Source of the DNA: Tricharina praecox
Taxonomy: Eukaryota
Direction: 5' to 3'
Assembly (NCBI RefSeq): GCF_024521635.1
Contig: NW_026250418.1
Coordinates: forward strand, 744,001-808,000
DNA length: 64,000 nucleotides
The notes below the pieces were generated by a model, which searched no databases, was not told where the DNA came from, and was given only the letters and a program-made list of their open reading frames with translations. Positions 1-11,934 of the stretch are shown one piece after another. Within the stretch, counting starts at the first letter, position 1; the number at the start of each line of letters is the position of its first letter. The translations under genes and the position numbers were made by a program.

Positions 1-1084
1 CTTTGGGTGCATTCGGATGAAAGAGGCGGCCGGGAACGAGACCGGTGGCAGGGCCTTTTGCATTCGGAGATCGAAAAGCTTGACGAGAGGATCGACGATA
101 AAATTTCCGTGTCTAATACCAGCCCACACACATCAGCATCCGCCACCACCACCACCACCACCACCACCATCATCCCCATAGATAATCACCTCAAATTATA
201 GCCGCATGTAATGAGAACATTATCGTGTGTATCCATATCCAATATTGTTCCGTTATGGACGTGATCGAACTGCTTGACGACTTTGAACGAGTTCATATCC
301 AGCAAGCGGATATGGCCTTTCGACGAACCGGTGATGATGTGCCTCGAGCTTCGCTTCATGACTTTCACGTCCTCGTCCGACGATATCTACACAGCCAGTC
401 AGCATCTACACACACTCACACCCGTCCATCGCGCACACACACACACACACCTCCGTTCCCACAGTCCCTCTCTCCAGATTAATCGTATACATCTGGAGCT
501 GACCGCCTCCAACCAAGATCTCGGACGTCCCCCGACTCGTAAACGCCATGCTCGTCAAATTCATAAACCTTTCATCTCTTGCGCGCACAATCACCATCAG
601 CAACCGTGCACCCGTAGCCCTCCAGGAAAGAAAGACTGACTGTAGATGCCACGACGCCGGGCCACCACGCGTCGACATATGCAGACTCTTCGCCGCGAGC
701 GATACGACACCGCGGTCGGCGAATAGTAGCTGTCTGACGGGGCGCTCGGCGGGAATCAAAGAGTTGTGACCGCGATAGCTCGTGTATCGTCGCAGCTCGA
801 CACCATTGAACGACGAGACATAGCCCTGCTCTACTCAGCACTCCACATCCCGCAGATACTCCCCCATGTCCTAGTGTACCTGATCGGTCCCCAACCAAAG
901 TAACTCCGCGTTCGTGTCGAAGGCAAGTGCCGTCGCCTGGAGGGGCACTTGCCCGAGCTGTTGGAGCGGGGCAGCCCGGTGAATCTATATACGCGCACAC
1001 ACACATCAGGACACGGTTAGGAATCGCAAGCAAGCTCAAGGGAGGGGATAGGAAGGTACGAACCTCCTGCCAGTCGGTTTCCAT
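1..1084 (-). CDS. PAN2: PAN2 poly(A) nuclease catalytic subunit, 5' part (WD40 region); gene continues beyond the window start
   Basis: Spliced reading METDWQE|IHRAAP..ALAFDTNAELLWLGTDQ|GYVSSFNGVELRRYTSYRGH..VRQLLFADRGVVSL..|..HIITGSSKGHIRLLD..HNGTILDMDTHDNVLITCGY..|..VDPLVKLFDLRMQKALPPVSFPAASFIRMHPK matches the fungal Pan2 N-terminus; five GT-AG introns are visible. Confidence 0.92.
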
Positions 1085-1392
1085 CAAGCTATGACCGAGT
1101 CGAGTCCATGGAGGTCTTGACGGTGAATGAGAAGCTTTTGTGAAACACCAGAGATGCGGCTCGGTTGGATAAGCTACGCTAGCCGTGTGGGGGATGATGT
1201 CACGTGGAGGGAGCGGATCGGATCCCGAGAGGTTAAATTAAAGTGGAAGAGTCCAATGGACCAATTTCATGGAGATATCTGGGTATAAGACGAAGGCCAG
1301 GATAACAGAGTCAACAGTACAAAAGAATCCAACTATTTCCGAAAACGCCGCAATACAAAATACAAAGTGTTATGCTGTAGTTACTCATGCTC

Positions 1393-2791
1393 TCAATCCT
1401 TCTCTGAAGATGGTGTCGTTGGCACCGTCTCCGCCTCCTTCTCCTTCTCCTTGTCAACCTTCTTGACCTCCCTCTTCTTCTTGCCAAAGTACAAAGTCTT
1501 AAGCCGCCGTAGTTTCTGTAGCTTGCTGTTATCCTCGGCGTCCCGTTCTTCATTGGTCAGTTCGTGAGAGTGGGTGGAGGCAACCGAGGCTACACTATAG
1601 ACACTCGCCGCTCCGGAAACTCCTCTTGATGGTTGTTTGAGGACACGCAGCATCGTGCACCATCCGGGCTCTTTACCTTGTGAAGCGGCGTTGACCCACG
1701 GACAATACTTCGCCCATTAGCTTCCCTTCCGGCCAAGCAATGCTCGAGGACTTACATCACGATGTTCCCCGACCAAGTCCAACCTGCAGACACTCGCCTC
1801 GTCCTCCTCCGTGCCATTCTCCGCGGTCTTCTTTCTAAAAAGCCACAGCCCAAGGCGTCGGAAGCATGCCGAGCACGACACCAGACTTGGAATCCCCGGA
1901 TCGTCGTTCCTCCAACCAAACAGCGCTAGCATCGCTGCAGTCTCGAAAATTGGGCCCTCTTCCATGCATTCCGAGGGATAATGTAGCGCCGCCGGTTCGA
2001 CATCCTCGGGGTATGAGATAGACGGCGGAATCTCATTCCTGATCTTGACCAACGTAGTATACCTCGCCGCAAACGCCGGTCGCGCAATCGACGCTTTCGA
2101 GAGGTTCAACCTATAAATAGTATCTGCGACCGATCAGCACCGCGCTCTCCCATAATCGAATCCCGCTATCAAACCTACCATCACACCCCTTCCTCCTCCA
2201 TAAACAGCTCTCATCATGCTCCTCGACCACCATAGCGCCGTAGCGATCCACCAGCGCCCGGCCATCTTCAGTTTGCTCATCGTCGAGCTCGACGGCGACC
2301 AGCAGTTCCGCACGGCAGGTATTACATCTCACGCGGTTCTTATCGAAGCAGACCCATCCGCGGCGGGCCCACGCCACCTCATTCACCACCGTCGGTTTCG
2401 CACTCCACTTATCGACGAAGCGGTATGATTTCAGGCGGTCCAGGAATGCGTCGCGGTCCCACGGCGCGTACGTCCCATGCGCTTTGCTGTCTGTTGTGGT
2501 CGTGAGAACGGTCGAGCGTGTGGAGCGCACGGAGCCCGAGGGTGAGACTGCGCGGATACTGAATTTCGTGGGCGAGGTGATTTCGGCTTCGTCGACGCGC
2601 CGCTTTTTGGGGTCCACTGGGATGCGAGAGGATGTCCGTACAGTGAGCGTTGAGGAGGGAGTGGGCGAGATTGGTTCGGAGGTGGTATTGGCTGCCACCG
2701 CTGTTGCGGTAGTAGTGGTGGTCACGGTCGGCGCCGGCTTCGGCGCGGCATTCATGAGCTTGTCCCATTTTCGTTTGGTCGAGAATAGCAT
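1393..2791 (-). CDS. C3HC zinc-finger protein, Rsm1/Pml39/NIPA family
   Basis: YAPWDRDAFLDRLKSY, WARRGWVC..VRCNTC, EHDESCLWRRKGC, LALFGW, LVSCSACFRRLGLWLF and HRD|YCPWVN motifs; two introns join ORFs 2111-3118, 1717-2109 and 1393-1653; ATG at 2791. Confidence 0.88.
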
Positions 2792-3175
2792 TATGATGTC
2801 GGGAACGAAGAGGTTGTAAAAATTACGGAGAAGAGTAACGCAGGGCTGAAGACGATATAGCAGGAGGCGCCGGGAGAAGGGGCTGAGCTGCGTGTGTTGG
2901 CTGCGGAATGGTGTGTTGACATTTCCGTGTGTCTCAAGCGAAGAACGAACTTCTTTTGGTTTCCCATTGTTGTTGTGGTGGCTGTGATGTCGGATAGATA
3001 AGGGTGATTGATTGATAAGATGGATTAGATAGAAAGTTTCATCTGATAGCGGGTCCTTGTCTGCAGAAGAATCCCCCGCCATAAACAACCCCGCCATTGT
3101 GCCAATTCCATAGCCCAATCACCCACCATACGTCTACTCCGTCTTCTCCGCCGGTTTCCTAGCTTCGCCAGATCA

Positions 3176-4334
3176 ATGTCATTCTACGCCCACGAACGCC
3201 GAATCGCCGAGCTGGCATGCCGGCGCGCATCTCTTCTCACCGACAGTGTCTACCACTCGCAGGTTAAGGGCACCGTCACCAAGGAGGACAAATCTCCCGT
3301 AACCAGTCTGTGAGCCCAATGTACGGCTAGCCTTACCGCATTCCTTACTAACCACTCGCAGTCGCGGACTTTGGCGCACAATCCATCGTAATTGGCGCCG
3401 TCCTGCACGCCTTCCCCAACGATGTCGTAGTCGGCGAAGAAGACGCCGACGTGCTACGACAAGACTCGCATACCCGTGACCTCGTCTGGAATCTTGCGCG
3501 GAAAGCGGTCGAGGACAGCACGGAGCTCTCGGGCGACATCGGCAGTATCAAGGATGCTGAGGAGATGATGTCGCTGATTGACCGCGGCAACAGCATGGGA
3601 GGGAACAAGGGCCGTTTGTGACCCTCTTCCCCAGACCAGAGCGGGGGTGAATACTGATACCTAGATGGGCTGCAGGCATCTGGGCGCTGGATCCTATAGA
3701 CGGGACCAAGGGCTTCCTCCGCGGTGACCAGTACGCCGTGTGTCTGGCACTAATGGTGGATGGGGAGGTAGTAACCGGGGCGCTGGCGTGTCCCAACCTT
3801 CTCGTGGACCCGTCCAACCCCTCGGGCCCCCGGGGCGTCCTCTTCTCCGTCACCAAGGGCGAGGGCTCAACGATGAAGCCCCTCTCCTCACCGCTCTCCG
3901 CCGAGGGTGTACCCGTGCACATGAACGCGCTCACAGACATCACCGCCGCCAGCACGTGCGAGGGCGTCGAGGCGGGGCACTCGTCGCACAGCCAGCAGGC
4001 GAACATAGTTGCGGCGCTCGGGATCACGAAACCCAGCGTGCGAATGGATTCGCAGGCGAAGTATGGCAGCATCGCGCGCGGCGATGGCGATGTCTACCTG
4101 CGCCTGCCCACCTCGAAGACGTATCAGGAGAAGATCTGGGATCATGCCGTGGGCAAGCTGCTGGTTGAGGAGGCCGGCGGAATTGTCACGGATGCGTACG
4201 GCAAGCCACTGGATTTCTCGATTGGACGCACGCTGTCGGCGAATAAAGGGGTTGTTGCCGCGCCGAAGGGGTTGCATGCCGTTGTGATCAAGGCGGTGAG
4301 GGGGGAGTTGGAGAAGGCTGAGGCGGCGTTGTAA
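3176..4334 (+). CDS. MET22: 3'(2'),5'-bisphosphate nucleotidase (PAP phosphatase, HAL2/MET22)
   Basis: TKEDKSPVT|IADFGAQ, VVGEEDA, R|IWALDPIDGTKGFLRGDQYAVCLAL, SVRMDSQAKYGSIARGDGDVYLRLP, YQEKIWDHA; introns 3306-3361 and 3614-3675. Confidence 0.95.
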
Positions 4335-4696
4335 TCGAATGACTAGGTGTGTATGTACATATCTACCTATTCATGACGAGAGGATAAGTATCCAATACTA
4401 TCCAGACAAGGAAAGCTTCCGGTCGTCTTGCAAGGAGGAAATCGCGACATCATGAAGGCTAGATACTCATGCTAGATCACTCGAGGTTTGAGTGACACCC
4501 CGCGACATCGCGTAAAAATACCCGGGCTTGCCCCTCGCTTACCAGCTTAACCGAAGACAACCTTAAACCAGGCTCACACATTCACGATTCACAATTCACG
4601 AAGAAGATTCCATCTGTAGAAGACAAGTCACAAGTTCCATTGCTCCTAATCCCTAGCTACAGTCAAGTACAGACAGGCAGGCAGAGAAACCCCATT

Positions 4697-5795
4697 TTAC
4701 TTCAGCGGGTGCGAATTAGCGTACTCGTCGCTGGCAGTCACGAGCTCCTCCTCCTTGTGCAGGTCAAACACATCGTAGCCCCACTCGATGGGGTCGTTGT
4801 ACCGCTGGTTCTTGTCGAGACTGTCCAGCTTCTTCTTTGCCTCTTCTGAGAGCACGATTGCTATTCTTCCGTCAGTATTTGAAGTAGAGGTAATGGGGAT
4901 GGAAATCGTACGCTTGAAGTTGCTGGCGATTCTGTCGGCGTGTACACTCTTCGGCACAACACTTGTCCCCCTAGCCACAGCCCACGCAATCAACACCTGC
5001 GCCACACTCGTGCCCGCCTCCTCGGCGATAGCCTTGATAGCCGGATCGTCCAGGACTCTAGCCTTGCCGTAGATGTTGTTTCCCAGCGGCGAGTAGGCAG
5101 TAACATGAATACCCTTCTCCTTGAGGTACGCCATAAGCTCGTGCTGCTGCAGCCAGGGATGAGCCTCGATCTGGTTGACGGCAGGCGTGACCTTCGCGGT
5201 CTGCAGCAGCTCCTCGATGCGCCTCTTATTAAAGTTACTGATCCCAATAGCCTTGACCTTGCCCGTCGCCAGGAGGTCCTCCATGGCCTTCCACGTCTCA
5301 GCGATGGGGATATCGGCCAGCGCGATCTTGCCCGTGGCGTCCTGCGGGAACCGGTTCGCGCCCGACGCGAAGTTCACCGGCCAGTGGATCAGGTACAGGT
5401 CTAGGTAGGACGTGCCGAGGTTCTTGAGCGACTCCTCGAGCGCCAGCGGAACGTCCGCTGCTAGTCGGCTGTTGTTCCATAGCTTGCTCGTGAGGAATAT
5501 CTCCTCCCGCGGAACGCCGGAGTCTTTGATTCCGGCGCCGACTTCGGCTTCGTTCTCGTAGATGGCGGCGGCGTCGCTGGTGGGGTGTCAGTTTGTGCTT
5601 GTTTATGGCTGGTGGAAATGGGGGAGAGGGGGGGAGGGGGGAGGAGGGGCAATACATGTGGCGGTATCCAGCCAGCAGAGCGGCCTTGACGGCCTCCCGG
5701 ACCTCTCCGGGAGCACTGAGCCAGGTGCCGAGTCCCACGGCGGGGATCTTCGCACCGGTGTTGAGGGTGATGGAGGCGGAGTAAGTCGAAGCCAT
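4697..5795 (-). CDS. NADPH-dependent aldo-keto reductase (Gcy1/Ypr1-like)
   Basis: [72 protein letters not shown]; two introns; TATA-like TATATAAAG near 5873-5883 on the minus strand. Confidence 0.95.
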
Positions 5796-6846
5796 TGCTA
5801 ACTATGCGGTATTGTGTTTCTGTTCGCTGAACTGTAGAATAGAATATGAATCCATCTCCGCTCGATGGGGCACTTTATATATAGCGATGGATGGCGGGGC
5901 GAGGGGTTGCAAGTTGCAACTTAGGCTTGCCTGCCCCGCGCCGCAGGCTGCAAGTCTGTTTAGCCGGTGCGGTGCTCGCTCGGTGTAAGTGCCACCGGCA
6001 CTACTGCGTGTCGGAGCAATATGCGACGGGGATAGGTAGGAACCTTGTGCGAGCACGGCGCGGAAAAACGTGCGGCCGGCTGCGGGCCGGGCCAGAGATC
6101 AGCGAGAACCTTGGTTGTCGCTTTGTCGCTGCTGCGGTCTTCGGCGTCTCCGTTTGTACATATGTGTCTGTACAAGACGGGGATCAGTGCTCCGCCCTTG
6201 CGATGAGGCACTTCCGTGGGGTATGTTCTTGGATCGCGGTTCTGAATGGGAATATCTGCAACATTGTTCCGGTGTGGTGTGGGAGCTCGGGAGTGCCGCA
6301 GAGGCCGTCCTGCTTGGCGAGTGGATCAGAAACCTCTGGGAATTGGAACATCTTCCAGCGTTTCCAGCCACTTGGCGATGAGTTGCTGCAGAATTTTTCC
6401 GATGGACACCGGGCGGTAGGAATACCCAGGGCGTGGGTGAAGATCGTCCTGCATGGGATGCTCCGAAAGTGCAAATATCACTCACCACTGGCCAGTGGGG
6501 ATCTATGCCGTCACTGCCCATTAGGACACGATTGCCACGGCTAAGTACGGATAAACCAAAGTACGTAGCAGCAGGACGACACAAGTTGGATTGATACCGG
6601 TATGAGCACGCCAAACGGCATTTCAGAATTCCATTCACCAGCAACAACCAAGTTACGCGAACCAATTGACACGTATGTAATCGTAAACCCATTCATTTCA
6701 CCAAACCAGTAATCCTGTACAAAACCCCAGAAATCTAGAAGCAAACCACACGCAACCACACGCATCCACAGAATCCAATCCGATACCAATACAAATCTCC
6801 GGAACAACACAAAACAAAACAAAAAAAACAGACCCAAACACTGCAC

Positions 6847-9800
6847 TTAGTACACCTCCAAAACGTACCTGCCATCCTCCTTCAGCTGCTCCATAGCGTG
6901 TCCAACATCGACCTTCTGTCCCTTGGCCACAGCGTGCTCTTTGATCGCCTCCTCCAGGACGGCGGCAACATCAGGAACGGGCCAGGTAGGACCACACAGG
7001 TAGAAGCTACCCTCCTGCTCGAGGTACGCCTCACGGATCTCGACCAGGTTTTGCCGCATGCGATCCTGGATGTAGATCTTCTCCTTCTGGTCACGTGAGA
7101 ACGCGCAGCCCAGGAGGGTGACAACACCAGCGTCGACGTACGCCTCCCACTCCTCTCCGTACAGGTACTCCTGGCTCTTGTGGCGCGAACCCATGTACAG
7201 CAGGGCGGGGCCGATCTCGAGACCCTGCTCCTGCTGCCAGGCACGGTGCTGGACGAAGGCGCGGAAGGGCGCAAGACCAGTTCCCAGTCCGGCCATGATC
7301 AGGGGTGCGGTCGACTGTGTGGGGAGCTTCATCACCGAGGGCTTGACGGAGACGACAATCTCGGCGCCGATAGAAAGGCGGGAGAGGAAGCGGGTGGCGT
7401 GTCCCCAACGGTCGCGGCCGCGGGGGTCGGTCCAGTTCACGGCAACGATCAGGAGGTGGACGGCGTTGGGGTGGGCCTTCTGCGAGGAGGCGATAGAGTA
7501 TTCGCGGCGCTTGAGGGGTGCAACGATCTTAACGAGGTCGGGGAACGCGGGGTGTGCGGAGGGGTGGTCGAGGAGGAGGTCGGCGAAGGTGACGAAGTCC
7601 ACTTCGGCGTTGCGCTTGAAGTCGGCGGCGCCCTCGGGGGCGGCGACAGCAAGGAGAGCCTTCTTCTCGTCGGCATCGGTGGCGAACTCAGCGAGAGCTT
7701 CGTAGAACTTCTTCGGAGGCTTACCGAAGATGTCTACGTTCTGCTGCAGCGCCTGGAACACGGTGCGGACCTCAAGGATCTCAGGGTCGTCACGGGAAGG
7801 AACCTCAACCAGGTCGTCAGCGTTGAGACCGTAGGCCGCGATGAACTCGTTGACGTCGCCGGTGTCGTTTTGGGAATGGATTCCGAGAGCCTCTCCGATA
7901 TCGTAGGTGAGACCGGTTCCAGTGAGGTCGAACTCAATGTGGAAGATGTTGCGGTCGTACGAGGCGGGAGTGAGACGCTTGTTCTCTTGGACCTTGACGA
8001 TGAAGTTGTTGACGCCGAGGTCGGGGCGGAGGGAGGACTTGACGCTGTAGGCCTCCTTGAAGGAGAGTGCCTGGGCGGCAGACTGAGTTGACTTGAGAAT
8101 CGATGGGGGCTCCTCATAGTGCTTCTCATCGTTGACGGTGAAGGAGTTGGCCTTGGGGATGGTTGCGAGGACAGCAACCTCACCTTCGGCGACAAAGTCG
8201 GCCCACTCCTTAGCGACCTCGACCTTAATCAGAGCTTTCTCGACGGCAGCAGCAGCGGCGTGAACAGCCTCCGAATCCTGGTTGAAGGTGGAGAGCTTTA
8301 TGAGGGAGGCATGGATGCCCGCGGCCTTCAAGAAGGCGAGCTGCACCAACGCATTCTCGACGGCAGGAGAGACGGACTCGCCGGCAGCCTCAACATCGAG
8401 GAGAAGCAGGTTAATGTTCTTCTTGACGATCTGCTTGCGGAAAGGTGCCGGGAGCTTCTTCTCGATGTCCTCGGTCTTGATGGTAGCCTTGACGATGACA
8501 GTTCCTCCAATCTTGGTGGTGGCCGCGACATCGTAACTCTTCAGGAGCTGGAGGTCACCGACAAACGAGAGATCAGCACCCTCGACGTGGAAAGGCGCGT
8601 CAACAGCCTTGTTGCTGATGCGGATCTCGCTCTGTAATGTGCCGGCGATGGCAAAGTTGTCGTACACCGCTGAGTAGGAAACAGAGCTGTTTCCGCCGGC
8701 AAGGACCTTGGCGACGACGGCCGCCGCGGGGGCTGATGACGCGTCGTCACCGTTCCAGAAAGTGTACTGGCGAGCGGTGGAGTCCTCTGCCAAAGTCACG
8801 AACGAGTCCAGGGTGGTGGCCTCGGCGGTCAAAGCATCCTCGGGAATAGCGATCGAGACGGTGGGCTTGCGCGCAATCTGGTCGAAGATCCAGGCGAACT
8901 CCTTTGGCGACCAGGTGTGCTCGCGGGCGTACTTGACGTCGACGATCGGGGGAGCAAGGTTCCATACATCGGACATGGTGATGGCGGCAACGACATCGGT
9001 GAAGAGTGCTGAGCTCACGGTGGTATCGTTGACTGCAAGCTCGTTGAGGACTTGGCCCAAGACGGCGACACGCTTGACGCTCTTGGGGAGCACCTCGAGG
9101 AACGCGGTCTCGCAGAAGGGCCTGTAAACACGGACAGCAATCACACCAACCTTCTCACCGCCCTTGGCCAGAGAAGCCGCGATCTGGGTGGCCAGGGAAG
9201 ACTCGACGGATCCGAAAACAACCAAAACCGCATCCGGCTCCTCGTGTCCCTCGTACTCGAAGAAGCTGTAGGCGGTTCCAAGCTCCGCATTGAGACTGCG
9301 GAGGATCTTGTTCATCCTGGTGGCCTGGTCCTTCTTGCCGTCCTGCTTCTCGCCAGAGATGGACTCGAACACACCCTGGAGTCCGGTCTGGTCGAGAACG
9401 TCCACAACCTTGGTGGTCTCCCGGGCAACCCTGACACCGTCGTAAATGTGGACGGTAGGAAGCACAGTTGCGGCCAAAGTCGCGAACAGGGCCATGTGCT
9501 GCGCCTCGTAGGGGGAGAAGCTCGAGATCAATCCCGCGCCGGTCTCCTGGGCAACAGTGACAGCGGTAACGTAGTCGGAAACCAGCTTTCCGGAAGAGAC
9601 CTCGTAGTCGACGGCGGCTACGTGCGCCACAAACGGCGAGGACATGGAATAGATCAGCGCAAGCTGGTCGATGGCCGAGCGCATCGAGGTCAGGGTCGCG
9701 CTCGACGCAATGATGCTCTGCGCAACCTCCTTCTTCGCCGTAGTGTCCGAGCCGAAGATGTAACCCAAGAGCACATTGGCAGCGCCTAACCGGGTCTCCA

Positions 9801-10131
9801 TGGGCTCGACAGATGTGACATTTCCGCGTCCGTTGGCCTGGCCCTTGGAAGACCACAGCTTCACGGCATCGTCGAGGTTGAAGGTCTCGGGGGAGTAGGT
9901 GAAGAGGCGGTCAGAGAGGGTGTAGGCAACCTGCTCGACGAGAGTCTGTGCCGTCGTGTATCCGGTGCCGTTTATGCTGCCGATGCTCGCGGGAATGCCG
10001 AAGGGAAAGACCGACGAGATCTTCTCTACCGGTGTCTCGACGCCATTGGGGTGCTTCTCGGTCTCCTTCAGTGCCTCCTCTTGCAGCTGAAACTGAGATA
10101 CTGGTGGAGTTCCGGCTTCTGAGTGAGGCAT
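6847..10131 (-). CDS. MET10: Assimilatory sulfite reductase [NADPH] flavoprotein (alpha) subunit
   Basis: Single uninterrupted ORF from the ATG at 10131 (1094 aa). PFOR-like N-terminal domains precede an FNR module: RNIFHIEFDL, YDIGEALGI, RREYSIASS, MAGLGTGLAPFRAF, AFSRDQKEKIYIQD, FYLCGPTWPVPDV, C-terminal RYVLEVY. Confidence 0.96.
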   Translation of the reverse strand: MPHSEAGTPPVSQFQLQEEALKETEKHPNGVETPVEKISSVFPFGIPASIGSINGTGYTTAQTLVEQVAYTLSDRLFTYSPETFNLDDAVKLWSSKGQANGRGNVTSVEPMETRLGAANVLLGYIFGSDTTAKKEVAQSIIASSATLTSMRSAIDQLALIYSMSSPFVAHVAAVDYEVSSGKLVSDYVTAVTVAQETGAGLISSFSPYEAQHMALFATLAATVLPTVHIYDGVRVARETTKVVDVLDQTGLQGVFESISGEKQDGKKDQATRMNKILRSLNAELGTAYSFFEYEGHEEPDAVLVVFGSVESSLATQIAASLAKGGEKVGVIAVRVYRPFCETAFLEVLPKSVKRVAVLGQVLNELAVNDTTVSSALFTDVVAAITMSDVWNLAPPIVDVKYAREHTWSPKEFAWIFDQIARKPTVSIAIPEDALTAEATTLDSFVTLAEDSTARQYTFWNGDDASSAPAAAVVAKVLAGGNSSVSYSAVYDNFAIAGTLQSEIRISNKAVDAPFHVEGADLSFVGDLQLLKSYDVAATTKIGGTVIVKATIKTEDIEKKLPAPFRKQIVKKNINLLLLDVEAAGESVSPAVENALVQLAFLKAAGIHASLIKLSTFNQDSEAVHAAAAAVEKALIKVEVAKEWADFVAEGEVAVLATIPKANSFTVNDEKHYEEPPSILKSTQSAAQALSFKEAYSVKSSLRPDLGVNNFIVKVQENKRLTPASYDRNIFHIEFDLTGTGLTYDIGEALGIHSQNDTGDVNEFIAAYGLNADDLVEVPSRDDPEILEVRTVFQALQQNVDIFGKPPKKFYEALAEFATDADEKKALLAVAAPEGAADFKRNAEVDFVTFADLLLDHPSAHPAFPDLVKIVAPLKRREYSIASSQKAHPNAVHLLIVAVNWTDPRGRDRWGHATRFLSRLSIGAEIVVSVKPSVMKLPTQSTAPLIMAGLGTGLAPFRAFVQHRAWQQEQGLEIGPALLYMGSRHKSQEYLYGEEWEAYVDAGVVTLLGCAFSRDQKEKIYIQDRMRQNLVEIREAYLEQEGSFYLCGPTWPVPDVAAVLEEAIKEHAVAKGQKVDVGHAMEQLKEDGRYVLEVY

Positions 10132-10754
10132 GACGTCTTGAAAGAGAATGTGGGAGGGAGGATTCAAGGCGGCGAGGGAGGTGAAAGAGGAGGAGCGGTA
10201 GAGAGGAGGAGGGGGAGGGAGGGAGTCTACACCGGAGGGAGCCAGCTTAAGGAGGAGGAGAGAGCTTAGCAGGCGTACGGGGAGAGGGATTGAATATGTT
10301 TTTCTGGGACCTAAAACCACGTCCTTAAGAAAAAGTTTGCTAGGCTCCGGCGGCGGCGCGTTGTCCAGTTTTTTTTTTTTTCTTTGCCGCAGAAGCAGAA
10401 GCTGTATGTGTATGTAGGGGGGAGAAGAGTGCAGATGAGCTTAGCCATCTCCCAGAGGTCATTTTGTTTTGCTTTTGCCGAAGATTCCCCTTCCCCAGAG
10501 TCGATCTTCGTTTGCTTTGTAAAGCTGTTATGTCAAAGCTGGAGAAAAAATGGCGAGATCCCGGCCGTGGTTGAGCACGCCATCGCCCCCTACAAAAACG
10601 CAACTTCAGCGCGCATCTGATTGGCGGGTAAACGCCGGTTAAATGGCGTGCAGCGGATGGTCAGGGTCCTTGCCGAACTCCGATGTGGTTGTCCCGAGGA
10701 ATAAGCGCAGGCCTCTTAGCGACGCTGACAACGCTGCGAGTGATTGAAATACTT

Positions 10755-11120
10755 ACTCGTCTGTTGTCAGGTTTGAGATGGAACTTCTTTCTCGGTATGC
10801 ACCCGTTCGTGATACCCCATTCGCGTCTCGAACTGTCTTACTGTCTTAGGATCGCAGGCATAGCCCATTTCAATACAGATTCCTCCCAGCTGAGACGACG
10901 AGTAGGTACGGGAGCCGCGGGTAACAAAGGCATCGAGACGTGCTTTCTCTGCGGCGTCGAAGATCGAGGGTATACCGGATCTTTTTAGATTCGAAGGAGC
11001 AGTGCCGTACTGGTGAGAACGCTGATAAATTCTTGAGGCGGGCTTTTCTCTACTCGTTCGTCCCGAGTCGTTTCTTGGTGACTGACACCTTCCGGTATTG
11101 ATACCGGATCGTGGACTCTG
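10755..11120 (-). mobile_element. Degenerate Tc1/mariner transposase fragment (N-terminal HTH region)
   Basis: Frameshifted reading KRSGIPSIFDAAEKARLDAFVTR..TRRLSWEE/ICIEMGYACDPKTVRQFETRMGYHERV/PRKKFHLKPDNRR resembles the GRP..HTH..GYxxRVxRKK segment of fungal Tc1-like transposases; no DDE domain or TIRs found. Confidence 0.65.
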
Positions 11121-11934
11121 CTTTCGTGCAACGGATGGACTTCGTATGTATAACGACCAAATGTTCGAATAACAGACTTCACAGCGCCAGAATCCGCACG
11201 ACGACGATGGCGGGTGGCGGTGTTGAATTCGCCTTCTGTACGACACATACAAGCCGAATATGTATTCGAGAATGTCACCATTACATCATCAACCCGACCA
11301 CCCGGCCACGCATCCACCCAGCCATGGCGCTTAAGGAGGTGCACCACTTATGTAATTCTAGGTATTCGATACCCGCCGCGGCAGATTAGTTACCTGCTTG
11401 AGGCGTCAGACGAGCCAACGTCAGTTACTTGAGAGGACATATGTAATACTCGAACTAAGTAGCTGCAGGACGGGCCGGGACCCCAAGTTCCAACGTGCTG
11501 ATTAAAGGGCTACCTATGCGGCGAGCTGGCGGTTCTAGTCGTTTAGCTCGCTATCAAGACCACTGCTATGTACCTACCACCTATGCAAATCGATCTCCAA
11601 GATCGATCACTCGAGTTAGCTCTTTCGCCGGATTTTTTGAAGAGTGAATACGGCATGTACATCCATCTGGAGGAGGGCGTACGGCTTCCCCAGACGTGTA
11701 TACGGTACTACATAGTGCCATATACTATTCCCAGCCACGGCTCAGCAATATGCGCTCAAAGGCAACTCGATCATTGTTTTGTCACTCGTATTTAGCCGTA
11801 ACCTCAGGTTTGGCCGAATCCCGATTTATTCAGATGTCTGACGTTCTAGGTAGCAAATGACCCGCTATAGATAATTGCTTTCAGATAAGCTAGATAATAA
11901 GTAGGTATCCCACATCCATCCCCAGCGTCCCCCA

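Noticed and set aside
7118..9789. Long plus-strand ORFs (e.g. 7180-8091, 9052-9789) opposite MET10
   Set aside because: Antisense shadows expected from strong codon bias; no recognisable protein features.
10132..10320. N-terminal extension of MET10 from a non-ATG start in the ORF track
   Set aside because: Pyrimidine-rich leader sequence typical of a 5' UTR; the first ATG is at 10131.
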